From assembly GCA_964016885.1 (NCBI GenBank), contig OZ024743.1:40300001-40364000 (forward strand): DNA of 64,000 nt. The letters are read 5' to 3'. The notes under the pieces are model-generated. The model was not told the DNA's origin. It ran no database searches and saw nothing but the letters and a program-made list of their open reading frames with translations. The DNA comes from Eledone cirrhosa (taxonomy: Eukaryota). How positions within the stretch are numbered: the stretch's first letter is position 1; each line of letters opens with the position of its first letter. Positions 13,410 to 27,158 of the stretch are shown here, piece after piece. A program made the position numbers and the translations under genes.

Positions 13410-15391
13410 AACGCTCACATGATGATGTGGACTGACATCCTAAATCCAAGCAGACGCACTGCCAACAACTTCCAGGCGTCTAACAATGGCATACCACCCT
13501 TGTATGGGCTCCGCAAAGACCACAAGACAGTCGACGACCCGACAACAGGACCACCAACAAGACCCGTATGCAGAGCTAATATAGCTAGCAACTACAGGAT
13601 CTCCTACTTCCTCTCAATGGTTATAAGCCCCATAATCAAGATGTCCCCAGATGTATGTGAAAGTACAGAGGACCTCCTCAGCAGAATCAGTGAGTGCAAC
13701 AAAAACTGGAGCCTATCCAACAGCATGGATGTGGTGTCACTGTACCCATCCATTAACATTGATTTTGCTGTGAAAAGATGTGTGGAGATGATCATTGAGA
13801 GTGAGGTGGAGTTCTGCGACGTCGACACAGACGAACTGGGCCTCCTACTTAGACTTACCTACGACACTGACTACCTAGACAGCCATGACCTTAGATGTTT
13901 CTGCCCTAGTAGACCCATAAGAGGTAGATCCCCCACCATAACCTCAATGGCAAAAAAGACTCCCATGGGAAGGTAGATTGGGTGGACCAAAGCTATACGG
14001 ACCCCCAAAACAATGATCAGGTAAGAAAAATGGTCGCACATGCAATAGGGGCTAGTATCAAAACTACCCTAAAGGGCCACCTTTTAAGTTCAATGAGAAA
14101 ATCTACACCCAAAATAAGGGAGCACCCATCGGCGTCAGCATAGCTGGTGATGTTGCCAACCTTTTCATGGTATGGTGGGAAAGGAGACTTAAAGATCTCC
14201 TTAATGAAAGCTCCATAGACGTCATCATGTACTCTCGTTACGTAGACGATATCAATATAGTTATAAGAACACCCCCACTAGAGAGCACTAACAAGTTTGA
14301 TTTAGAACGTAGCACGATGGAAAGCATCCAGCAGATAGCTAATTCCATACACCAGTGTATAACTGTAACTATAGACTTCCCTTCCAAACACCCTAACAAT
14401 AGACTACCTGTATTAGACACAGAATTCTGGATTAACACTATAGATGAGAGAGCCCAAATTCTCCACTCACACTATGCTAAACCCATGGCCTCCAAATACC
14501 TGATACTCAAAAACTCAGCAATGTCCAGTAGTGCTAAGTTTAATATTCTGATCGCAGATTTGGTACGAGTGATGAAGAATGTATCCAGCATGTGCGACCC
14601 AACAGAAATGGAAAGACACACCCAACACTTCATCAACCGCATGCAGTTCTCTGGCTACAACCAAAGAGACAGAGTCAGAGTATACGAAGGAGCCATGGAA
14701 AAGTATAAGACCCTCATAGAACTGGACATGAAAGGAATTTACCCATTATACAGGAGCAAATCATGGAATAGCTTAGATAGGGCTAGACATAAGATAGGGA
14801 AGGCCACATCATGGTACGACAACCAGAGATATAGAAGAGTGTCATGTTTGTAGACGCCACCCCTGGGGGGAAATTAGCTAACCAGTGTAGAAAGGCCATG
14901 AGAAAGACCCACTTAAAAATAAAGGTGGTAGAAAAGCCAGGAACCACCATAAAATCCCTGATCAGCAAAACCTTAAGAAAACCCACTGTACCAATAAGAA
15001 ATGTATCATTTGTAAGGTGAACCCACGGATAAACTGTAAAACTAGAAACTTAGTCTATAGCATAAGATGTACAGAGGGTACTTGCAGAAACATGACAATA
15101 ACATACACAGGTGAAACAGCTCGTAGCATAGGTGAAAGGATAGACCAACACTGGGGGGAACTAAAAGGACGAAAAAACGGGTCATTACTATACGAACATG
15201 CTAGACAACAACATGACGGTAACATAGACAACATAGAAATTAGAATAATATCTAAACATAGGAATGACCCAGCAGATAGGCAAATCAGAGAGGCCAGTGA
15301 AATAGAAATTAGAAGACCAAAGCTAAACAGAAAGAATGAGTGGAACAACAACAACACCCAAACAAACAACACTGACCTAAGAGAAGTATAA
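13410..15391 (+). pseudogene. Frameshifted PLE RT/GIY-YIG ORF
   Basis: ORF pieces 13332-13976, 14167-14853 and 15017-15391 carry successive RT and endonuclease motifs. Confidence 0.88.
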
Positions 15392-15664
15392 ATAAGTAAA
15401 TAAAATAAAATAAAATAAGATAAATAAATACATACACAAGCACAATAACAACAAGCACATAAACACACACTAGTCACCCAGCAGACATAACACTATACAC
15501 ACTAGTCACACAGCAAACATAACACTATACACACACGCAAACGCATGCGCAAAGAAGACAAAATAAAATATACAAACAAGCAAATAAATAAATAAATATA
15601 TAGACAGACTGAATAAAAAATGGCGTAGACATACAACACAACAGGAGGAAAAAATATAACACCA

Positions 15665-15698
15665 CTGACGATGTTGCAGATGTGCAACGAAAGATTTA
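15665..15698 (+). ncRNA. Hammerhead ribozyme-like motif in the PLE1 3' arm (mirror copy ~12780-12813, minus)
   Basis: CTGACGA t GTTGCA gatg TGCAAC GAAA gatt TA. Stem II is perfect; stems I and III are weak. Confidence 0.6.
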
Positions 15699-15905
15699 TG
15701 TAAATTATGTAAACTGTATATATGTGTTTGTGTCTATATTGTATCTGTATTATTTTTGACCGTCGGTCAGTCAATGGCAACATTGAGGACCGAGTAAGTT
15801 AGATCGCAGATATAAAAGACAGCGAGATGCGAAAACCAACCAAACTGTGAGTGTGTTCTGTTATTAATTCTGGCAATATTACACAAATATGACCCTCCCC
15901 AGGTA

Positions 15906-15994
<89 letters not shown>

Positions 15995-16035
15995 GAGCAC
16001 TCGATGTTTAGTTTCACTTCTGTGTTGAGGTGTAA

Positions 16036-16938
16036 TATATTGAAAGGATAACAAGGACGATTGTTTACTCCTTCATTACATTTATTGGTAGGTGACGCGA
16101 GTTTCGCCACTGATCAGCTCAAGGTTCATCTGTATCGACCTTACCCGACTCAATAATCGGCAGATCGACGGAACCTTTAAAATGGTATAAGAAAATGAAA
16201 ATATGCTATATGGTAAAGTCAGAAGTTCATATGTTGTACAATATCAGTTGTTTTCATTGGTGGAAAAGATCATAGAGATGTATTGGCCTGTAGTGTATGT
16301 GGGGGTGAATGTGATGATAAGATCTTGGTGACGGTCGCTGGCTGCAATGGGTCGTATTGTGGGGGGGGGGGATTGACTTTCCCCTGTAGTGTATGTGGTG
16401 GTGGATGTGATGATAAGGCGGTGGGGTGTAGTGGCAGTGGATTGTCGGTAGACAGGTTGGCGTTATATTTTGGCAGGTTATTGTCTGTGGTGTGGTTGTG
16501 GTGTTGTTGTTTATGGTAGTGGCGTTTGTGGTGTTGGGGATGTATTGGTGGTGTCAATTCCATGGGGAGGTACATATATAGGTATTCTTAGTCTGACAAA
16601 TACGATGTATATATATACGTGCGCATATGTACTGACATATATACATACACACCTATATACACACACATACACTCGCCCACATACATCCACACGTACATAT
16701 ATATATATGCATATATACACACATATATATATGCTCATGCGCGCGTGTGGATATATATAGAAGGGGGGGTTATCGGTGGGTGTGGCCTAGTATAAAGATA
16801 GAGGGAGGGTGAGAGCCAATGGAGATGGTGTTCTACACATACATGCACACATACATCCGCACATACACATATAGATATACACACATACACGTACACAGAG
16901 AAATGCACACACATATATATACACACACACATATATAT

Positions 16939-16970
<32 letters not shown>

Positions 16971-19900
16971 GCATATATATACACACACATATATAAAAAT
17001 ACTTATACACAGACACACAAACTTGCGTTGGTTCGAGAAAGAAGGTATGTGTTGGCGATGATAATGAAGTTAATGAATGTTGAGGTATGGAATTGTGCCT
17101 GGAGGTGGCGGTGGTGGAGTTGTGAAAGACAAAAAATGTACAGGATCGAATAATAAGATGGGTTACAGGTTAAAAGGTGACATAGGGAACACGGGGGAAA
17201 AAGTTTGTGGACGTATAGTGATGTGTGTTGTGGTCATGGTGGTGGTGGTGGTGATGGGGTGATATGTTCAACAATCTGATTACATGATCAGATGTAACGG
17301 TGGGTTACAGAGTAAAGCATAGGGAGAGGTCAGATGTAACACTGTGGTTCTGGGAGTGGGTAGACAGAGGGACATGGGGGAGTAAGGTTGCGGGTGTGGG
17401 ATGGTAGACATATACCGATGTGTGCGGTGGTGGTGGTGGTGGTGGTGGTGGTGGTGGCGATGGGATGATATGATCAGTTGTTACTATGGTTTGCAAGGTA
17501 AAACCTGACAGAAAGGACAGATAGAACACAATGTTGCAAAGATGAGGGGTGTATGACGATGTGTTTTTTGATGTGGGTGATGTAGGCGGCATGATATACA
17601 AAGTACGGGCTTACAAATGGTTACATGCAATACAATAAAATAAATTCACTGAGATTAGGGATGGTGAGACGGGGCAGATAGGATTATTATTCTGCTGGGT
17701 CATGGTTAGTGTGCAGCCCTATGCTGAATGTTTGTGCAGAAAATGTGTTCAACCTGGTGTGTGTGCAATTGACAATTATGTCTGACTTATAGTTTATGGC
17801 AGATTTTAATTTAATTATTTCGGCCGCCTCGGCCAGGCAAAACCTGCACTCGTTTCTGTCACTGTGGAGTTGCGACACGCGTCTTTTGACTGACCATGTG
17901 ACCTGGGCTTCGATGTTCTTGTCCTTGAGGTCCCAGATCAAGTCGGCCAGTCTGGTTTGGGATCGTTTCAGCCTATCTTTAAAGGAGCGTCTATGGTTAT
18001 ACCAGCGCTCCTTAAATATAGTTGAGGTCGCACCTATATATGAGTACTCTTTATTGCCGGCTGTGACATCACACCGGTAAAGAATGTTTTTAATGAGACA
18101 CTCATCGTACCAGCCGATAACACAGGAAACTTATACAATTTGGAGTACAAAACATACAACAAATGCATTACAAATGAAATAGCTAAAATATACAAAACAT
18201 CAACACGGGAAAAACCTAGCACACATAAACAAACAGGCGAAAACAATAATGATGGAACTGATCATTGGCGACAGGACTCATCCCTACAACCCTAGGACAC
18301 CGAGACTATCTATTAAAGACCATAAACCGAACTTCCGGTCATAACTACTGGTGAGGCTCATAGCCCCCTCTAAATCGGACCTATTTAGACTTAACAAATC
18401 AATCATTGACCGGATTATACCTGAACTTCGAAATAGAACTAAACTCAGCCTATGGTATTGTACAAAGGAGATAATTGACTGGTTTTGTGGCATTGAAACT
18501 AAGTCGAATGTTCGATTAGTCCAATTGGACATTACAAACTACTACGCATCTATATCGCCAATCGTCCTTAACAAGGCACTGATCTCAGCCATGAACAGAT
18601 GAAGCCTCACTAGAAGGGAAGTGGACATCATACTAGCAGCTAGGAAAACTTTACTAGAATTTGACGGTAGATTGTGGGAGCGAGAGAATAGACCAGATAG
18701 CTTCGATATTACCATGGGATCTATTGACTACACACAGGTTACAGATATAATAGGCATAAACCTTCTAAATATATTAACAGACGAGATCCCCTCCTTGGGC
18801 AGTGGCTTATACCGTCACGATGCCCTACTAATGGCCCGCGGACTCAATAATAGCCAATTAGATAGACTACACAAACGACTTAGGTACATCTTTAAGACCC
18901 AAGGATTAGCGGTAGAAATTGAACCTAACAGTAGGACAGTAAACTTTTTAGATGTCACCCTAGAATTAGACTCAGGTCTCTACCGTCCATACTACAAATC
19001 TAATTAAATTGTTAAATACTTCAACATACACTCCAACCAGCCTAGGAGCATAATTAACTCAATAGTTAAAAGCGTCTCCAATAGAGTGTCCACCCTGTCG
19101 GGTAATAGAAATATCTTCAACCAGCACGCGGAATACTATAACTCCACACTTGTAAACGCTGGTTACATTGAGAAGGTTTCTTACATCGACCCAAATAGAA
19201 CCGTAACACCGCCAGACACAACCGGACACTTAGAAACGAACATAGAAGAAGTCACAACCCCTAGAACAGATAATAACCTAATACCCACTGTAGCCGGCAG
19301 GGAAGCCAGCGTCACACACAACCATTAAGGAGATAAAGCCATACTCTCCAACACCAATAAGGACTCCGACAATCGCACATGTTTACGTAGTAATAGAGAC
19401 AAAAGTCATAACGCCAACACATTACTAGGAACCCCTATGACAAATACGCCTGAACAAAACGCACCCATACTACCACCTAACCACAAAAACATCACTAAAC
19501 ACCGCAGGACCCGAAGTAGACCTGTCACATGGTACAAGGCACCGTATTAATTACACGTTTCCACCAATATACCGGGAACCTTCTTCAGGTCTCTTGAACA
19601 ATCTTTTCCACACACACATAAATACCACAAGCTGTTCAATAGACACACTGTAAAATTCTCTTTCACCACAGCACCAAATCTAGGCCACACAATAGCACAC
19701 ACCAATAGGAAAAAAATACGGAAATACATAGTTGCCCAATAACGAAACCACATACACAACACAACACAACAACCCACACGCCGGCTCACACAGCACGCCA
19801 CCAACCGGCGACGTGCCACCACGCCGGTAACACCCGACTGCAACTGCAAAAAACAGGCTGCTGCCCACTAAACAGGGAGTGCCTCATTAAAAACATTGTT

Positions 19901-22063
19901 TACCGGTGTGATGTCACAGCCGGAAATAAAGATTACTCATATATAGGTGCAACCTCCACTACATTTAAGGAGCGCTGGTAAAACCATAGAAGCTTCTTTA
20001 AACATAGGCTGAAACGATCCCAAACCAGACTGGCCGACTTGATCTGGGACCTCAAGGACAAGAACATCGAATCCTAGGCCTCATGATCAGTCAAATGACG
20101 CATGGCGCAACATCCACAGTGACAGAAACCACTGCAGGTTATGCCTGGCCGAGGCAACCGAAATAATTAAATTAAAATCTGCCATAAACTATAAGTCAGA
20201 CATAATTGTCAATTGCACACACACCAGGTTGAACACATTTTCTGCACAAACATTCAGCATAGGGCTGCACACTAACCATGACCCAGCAGAATAATAACCA
20301 TATCTGCCCTGTCTCACCATCCCTAATCTCAGTGAATTTATTTTATTGTATTGCATGTAACCATTTGTAAGCCCGTATTTTGTATATCATGCCGCATACA
20401 CCACCCCCACCAAAAAACACATCGTCATACACCCCTCATCTTTGCAACATTGTGTTCTATCTGTCCTTTCTGTCAGGTTTTACCCTGCAAACCATAGTAA
20501 CATCTGATCCTGTAAATATAATGTCGATCATATCACCCCATCGCCACCACCACCACCACCACCGCACACATCGTTATATGTCTACCATCCCACACCCGCA
20601 ACCTCACTCCCCCATGTTCCCGCTGTCTACCCTAATCTACAACCCCACGCAAAGTTAGATCCTGTAAATGTACTGTCGCACACACCACCACCGCCACCAC
20701 TAGATACATCCACACACTTCAACAATCACTAACATCATTAACACCATCAACACATATCATCTTTCACTCCCAGAACGACTGTGTTACCTCTGCCCTCTCC
20801 CTATGCTTTACCCTGTAACCCACCGTAACATCTGATCATGTAATCATACTGTTGAACATATCACCCCATCACCACCACCACCGTGACCACAACACACATA
20901 ACTATACGTCCACAAACTTTTTCCCCCGTGTTCCCTATGTCACCTTTTAACCTGTAACCCATCGTATTATTCGATCCTGTACATTTTCGTCTCTCAGAAC
21001 TCCACCACCGCCACCACAAGGCACAATTCCATACCTCAACATTCATTAACTTCATTAACATCGCCAACACATAACTTCCCTCTCGAACCAACGCAAGTGT
21101 GTGTGTCTCTGTATAAGTATTTTTTTATATGTGTGTGTATACATATGCATATATATATATATGTGTGTGTGTATATCTATATGTGTATGTGTGTGTGTAT
21201 GTGTGTGTGTATGTATGTGTATGTCTATATGTACAACACCATATCCATTGGCTCTCACCCCCGTCTATCTTTATACTACGCCACATGCACCGATACTCCC
21301 CCCTATCTCTATATATCCACTCGCGCGCATGAGCATATGTATGTGTGTGTATATATGCATATAGATATATGTACGTGTGGATGTATGTTGGCGCGTGTAT
21401 GTGTGTGTATATATGTGTGTATGTATATATGTCAGTACATATGCGCATGTATATATATACAACGTATTTTTCAGACTAAGAATACCTATATATGTACCTC
21501 CGCATGGAATTGAAACCACCAGTACATCCACCACACCACCACAAACGCCACTACCATAAACAACAACACCACAACCACACCCCACACAAAAACCAGCCAA
21601 AAAAATATACGCCAACCTGTCTACCGACAATCCACTGCCACTACACCACAACCCATCCCACTCAGCGACCGTCACCACCATCTTATCATCACATCCACCA
21701 CCACATACACTACAGGCGAAAGTCAATCCGCCATCCCAACACCACTGCCCTTCGCAATGAGCGACCGTTACTGACATCTCATCATCACATCCACCCCCAC
21801 ATACACTACCGGCCAATACATGTCTATGATATGTTCCACCTATCAAAACAACTCATATTGTACAACTTATGAACTTCTGACTTTATCACATAGCATGTAT
21901 TCATTTTCTTATACCATTTTAAATGGTCCGTCGATCTGCCAATTATTGAGTCGAGTAAGATCGATACAGATCGAACCTTGAGCTGATCAGTGGGGAAACG
22001 CGCGTCACCTACCAATAAATGTAATGAAGGAGTAACCAATCGTCTTTGTTTTCCTTTCAATAT
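16036..22063 (+). mobile_element. Penelope-like element 2 (C-terminal GIY-YIG, CxC linker; Hydra-clade-like by inference), decayed, with ~2.1-kb inverted arms
   Basis: Motifs IVPADNTGN, SIKDHK, QLDITNYYASI, FDITMG, NFLDVTL, TWYKAPY, CNC..CPL..C and IVYRC..YIGAT over 18104-20260. Segment 16036-18103 is the reverse complement of ~19877-22063. Confidence 0.9.
21983..22006 (+). ncRNA. Degenerate minimal hammerhead-like motif at the PLE2 terminus (mirror ~16095-16118, minus)
   Basis: CTGATCA gtggg GAAA cgcgcg TC. Stem III is palindromic; the core shows G8>C in both arms. Confidence 0.45.
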
Positions 22064-23329
22064 ATATATATATATATACACACACACAGATATATATGTG
22101 TGTGTATGTGTACTGTTTAAATACACGGTCCTTGCAGAAGAAACACATGAAGTGCCATGCGTTGGTATCAGATTTGGATCTACGGGATTGCCTAACATAC
22201 TTTCTATCGACAGGGCCATAATAAAAGATGACATAGTACATTGTAATGGGATCGAATCGGGAAAACTTGACCGTTATGAGTAAACATGACCCTGCTAAAA
22301 TATAATCGCCAAAGTGTAATTCAATTGGGTTGAACCTGGACATTCTGGAACCCCAAACAGACTTCTAAACTTCGCAGCTATTCCTACATGTTAGGCGTTC
22401 ATATATTCAATGCTTTTGAATGTATTTGAATGAATGATTCAATAAGTTTTCTCTACTGCATTCTTTCTACTAATTCGTGTCAGGTCAAAAGAAAATCCCA
22501 CTTTCCCACTTCTTTCTCCCTCTGTCACTATCTTTGCTAAATAAATTTAATTTGACATCTGGATAAATAATTGAGTATTCTTATGTCAATTGGGGGAAAA
22601 TGGCTGCCGATCTTTAGCGAAGAGAAAATTACGAATGTAATGTAATAGAACGAACTCAACTCAGCTTTCTTGCTAATGTTGCACGGATCGACAGGAGAAT
22701 ATAATTATTCCATAGAATTGTAAACATTATTTTACTATTTCATATTCTATTCACTCTGTAAGTGCGGTGAACGTTAAAAACGAATACATTGAGATAACAA
22801 GTCAGAATCATATTCATTAAATTTCCTTCATAAAAAGCAATAAAATCCCAGTGAAATCCACTGCAAAAATGATGCAAGAAAAGTAAATTTGAAATATTGC
22901 ATAATTCAGATATTACATAATAATAGTTTATAATATTTCTGTATATATAAAGAGTAACTAAACAAAAGATTTAAAATTCTATGACAAAACCAAAGTTAAA
23001 ATTCATGCGAAATTCCAAGGAAGTATTGGTTTGAATATATATGATAATCTACTGCATAATTGCAAAATATATCAAAAGACAATCGCTTTTCCCTATCTTG
23101 CATCTATTTTTCTTTTATATATCATGCATACAACAGAAACACACACACACGCACACCCACACACACACATATATGCACATCCATAAATACATACATATCC
23201 ACACGCATATGTGTGTGTATGTGAATGTGTATATATGTGTGTGTATATATGTGTGCGTATGCAAAAGACAAACAAAAATAACAATGGAAACGAGACAAAA
23301 CAATGAACATATATATTAGATTTACGCTC

Positions 23330-23375
23330 GATATAGTCTTATTGTTTCGAACGCTAGTCCTTCATCAGAAAATAG
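23330..23375 (-). ncRNA. Degenerate hammerhead-like core
   Basis: Minus strand reads CTGATGA a GGAC tagc GTTC GAAA caat. Stems I and III are not convincing. Confidence 0.4.
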
Positions 23376-23963
23376 AATAAGAAATTAAAGACGAAACTGA
23401 AGGATAGAGGAGAATGAACAGTAGCAGTAAAAAAATATATATATGGGTATATATACAAACTCAAACGATATACAGAAACGTCTCTTTCGTATATCTAATT
23501 TATGTTATATTGTTCCATCTCTCTCTTTCCGAATGATGAACTCTCTGCGAATGATGAGCACTCTGCGAATTAGGGGCGCTGTGCCGCCTATCTGAAATCA
23601 ATATATCGCAAACCATGTATAGGTCACTTGATACGCAGTATATAGCAGATGTTACGGGAGGCTGGATTTGCTGCCTGAATGTGAATTTGGAATCAATAAT
23701 GAAAGAGCCCTCAATATGTAAACATAGCTGTATATGTATTATATTATATAAAACATACGGCAAATTGAGATACATAAGTGCTCGGAATTTTCCGAAGCAA
23801 GCTGATGTTACTGATGTTTTGTTTGTCAGCCATTGGGAAGGGTAACGCCGGTGGTGATAATTCAGCGTAGTGCTTATGTGTCAATGCTTGTGTGGGTGTA
23901 TGCATGTATGTGTGCATGTCCGCGCGTGCGGGTAGGTATCAGAGCTAGTGAAAATATATGCTA

Positions 23964-24171
23964 TTTTCTAAAATATACAGTCTCTAATTTTTTTTTATTT
24001 TTTAATGTGGCAAAGCCGGCCATTTATCGCCCGTGTACAGGAAACTGACTGGCCAGTCGGCTGATATGCAAATCTGGCTGATCAGTAGATCTGCTAATAT
24101 GCAGGTCTGACTAATCAGCCAGTCAGCTAATATGCAAATGAAGCCGATCAGTCACTGTATATTTTAGAAAA
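23964..24171. mobile_element. MITE-like element with 18-bp inverted repeats and internal ~30-bp tandem units
   Basis: ttttctaaaatatacagt (23964-23981) and actgtatattttagaaaa (24154-24171). Internal gct(g/a)atatgca occurs three times. Confidence 0.5.
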
Positions 24172-24218
24172 ACTCAGATTACAATTATTGTATTCAGCTA
24201 TGTAGAGCGCTTTTTTTG

Positions 24219-24650
<432 letters not shown>

Positions 24651-24878
24651 TAAACAATTAAGTTAAAAATGTACATCTACATATGCATACTGAAATACTA
24701 GTGTGTATATGAATACACACACGTATACATATGTAGGTGTACCAAGTCTTTCACTGGTCGCTTTACAGTGAGCGGCCCAGCTATTCTGTATGTAAACACA
24801 CAGACAAACCGGTTTTTAGAGTCATACTGGTTTTCGGGGGGAACACCTTCCCTCCATTCTCCAGAAAGCCAGACAAGG

Positions 24879-24923
24879 AATATTGGACTAGTTTCGTTGT
24901 TGTTACAACTCATCAGCAATATT
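24879..24923 (-). ncRNA. Minimal type I hammerhead ribozyme
   Basis: Exact reverse complement of the motif at 25504-25548. Confidence 0.9.
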
Positions 24924-25503
24924 TACCTATCTACCGGCCTTTCTGGAGAATTGTAAAAGCACATATCGTTATATGCTTTTTCCATGAAAATTAGTAGTCG
25001 GCAGACTGATTTGCATAGAGTGTGAGTACGCACCGGTTCAGCGGAGACGATAAAAACAAATAACGAAACGAAATTAAATTTCGTTTCGTTTGTAACTCAC
25101 TTTTGTATGACTGACCCTTAAACAATTAAGTTAAAAATGTACATCTACATATGCATACTGAAATACTAGTGTGTATATGAATACACACACGTATACATAT
25201 GTAGGTGTACCAAGTCTTTCACTGGTCGCTTTACAGTGAGCGGCCAAGCTATTCTGTATGTAAACACACAGACAAACCGGTTTTTAGAGTCATACTGGTT
25301 TTCGGGGGGAACACCTTCCCTCCATTCTCCAGAAAGCCAGACAAGGAATATTGGACTAGTTTCGTTGTTGTTTTTATCGTCTCCGTTGAACCGGTGCGTA
25401 CTCACACTCTATGCAAATTAGTCTGCCCACTACTAATTTTCATAGAAAAAGCATATAACGATATGTGCTTTTACAATTCTCCAGAAAGGCCGGTAGATAG
25501 GTA

Positions 25504-25548
25504 AATATTGCTGATGAGTTGTAACAACAACGAAACTAGTCCAATATT
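25504..25548 (+). ncRNA. Minimal type I hammerhead ribozyme
   Basis: aatattg-CTGATGA-gttgt(aaca)acaac-GAAA-ctag-TC-caatatt. It has a 7-bp stem I, a full core, a 5-bp stem II, a palindromic stem III and a GUC cleavage triplet. Confidence 0.92.
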
Positions 25549-25865
25549 CCTTGTCTGGCTTTCTGGAGAATGGAGGGAAGGTGTTCCCCCCGAAAACCAG
25601 TATGACTCTAAAAACCGGTTTGTCTGTGTGTTTACATACAGAATAGCTGGGCCGCTCACTGTAAAGCGACCAGTGAAAGACTTGGTACACCTACATATGT
25701 ATACGTGTGTGTATTCATATACACACTAGTATTTCAGTATGCATATGTAGATGTACATTTTTAACTTAATTGTTTAAGCGTCAGTCATACAAAAGTGAGT
25801 TACAAACGAAACGAAATTTAATTTCGCTTCGTTATTTGTTTTTATATATATATATCTATATATAT

Positions 25866-27158
25866 ATCAACTAGAAATTGATTGATATATATATCTAAAA
25901 TAAACACATAAAACACTCAAAGGGGATAATGTGTAAAAGTGTGTAAGCACACACAGCTATGTGAGTAACTAAATACAGTTTAACTAGAACTTCAAAAATA
26001 GATATCTTATAAATTGATTAATCTTCCTTGTATATATTTCATTAAAGAAATATATTTCACCAATTAATCGATAGGTAAACGACAGTAGCCAAATCCTGGA
26101 TTTTCAACAAGGAAGAAGACTTAACTTTACACATGCAATTCAAATCTGTGACTAACTATTAGCACGTGTTGCATTTAATACAAATACACACATCGCACCA
26201 GCTTCGTCCCAGTGCCGTGAATAGGGTTATCGACAACTAGAAATAGCAGTCAAATCCAGGATTTGTCTATTGTCGTTTACCAATCGATTAATTGGTGAAA
26301 TATATTTCTTTAATGAAATATATACAAGGAAGATTAATCAATTTATAAGGTATCTATATTTGAAGTTCTAGTGCCACTTTAATTAGTTACCCACATAGCT
26401 GTGTGTGCTTAGACACGTTTACAGATTATCCCCTGTGATTGTTTCATATGTTTATGTTAGATATATATATATATATATATGTCAATAAATTTCTAGTTGA
26501 TATAAAATGCTCGGATCTATTCATTGGAATCTTGGAGCATATTTTACAGTGGATATGGCGCATGTGTCTCTGACATGACACATTTAATTTAATTTAAATT
26601 TTGTATATATATAAATACGGCCCCCTAATTGTAGAGCTAACTCAGTTGAAATGACTTGACTGCTATTTCTAGTTGTCGAGAACCCTATACACACCATAGG
26701 GAAGAAGCTGGCACGACGGGTGTATTTGTATTAAATGCAACACATGCTAATAGTTAGTCACAGATTTAAATTTGATGTGTAAACACAGATAGTTAAGTCT
26801 TCTTCCTTGTTGAAAATCCAGGATTTGGCTACTGTCGTTTACCAATCGATTAATTCGTGAAATATATTTCTTTAATGAAATATATACGAGGAAGATTAAT
26901 CAATTTATAAGGTATCTATATTTGAATTTCTAGTAAACTTTAATTAGTTACCCACATATCTGTGTGTACTTACACAATTTTACAGAGTATCCCCTGTGAT
27001 TGTTTCATATGTTTATTTTAGATATATATATATATATATCAATACATTTCTAGTTGATATAAAATGCTCGGATCTATTCATTGGAATCTTGGAGCATATT
27101 TTACAGTGGATATGGCGCATGTCTCTCTGACATGACACCCTTAATTTAGATTAAATTT

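Larger units (their letters stand above)
12569..15909 (+). mobile_element. Penelope-like element 1 (RT plus C-terminal GIY-YIG, Neptune/Nematis-like Cys linker), 5'-truncated, with ~835-bp inverted arms
   Basis: PPLYGLRKDHK, MDVVSLYPSI, GAPIG, RYVDD, LPVLD; linker CxxxxCxxC..C; LVYSIRC..YTGET..H..H. Segment 12569-13407 is the reverse complement of ~15076-15909. Confidence 0.92.
24651..25845. mobile_element. Non-coding 468-bp hammerhead-containing repeat (retrozyme-like), 1.5 tandem copies plus one inverted copy
   Basis: The sequence at 24651 repeats at 25119 (period 468; duplicate ORFs at 24737 and 25205 confirm it). Segment 25368-25845 is an inverted full unit. Flanked by (TA)n. Confidence 0.85.

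Noticed and set aside
12569-15909. Long inverted arms as DNA-transposon TIRs or LTRs
   Set aside because: The arms contain GIY-YIG coding sequence and the 3'UTR, so they are PLE inversions.
24698-25729. Repeated 60-99 aa ORFs (MYQVFHWSLY..., MLMSCNNNET...)
   Set aside because: They recur only because the 468-bp unit is repeated. They show no recognisable domain and mostly use non-ATG starts.
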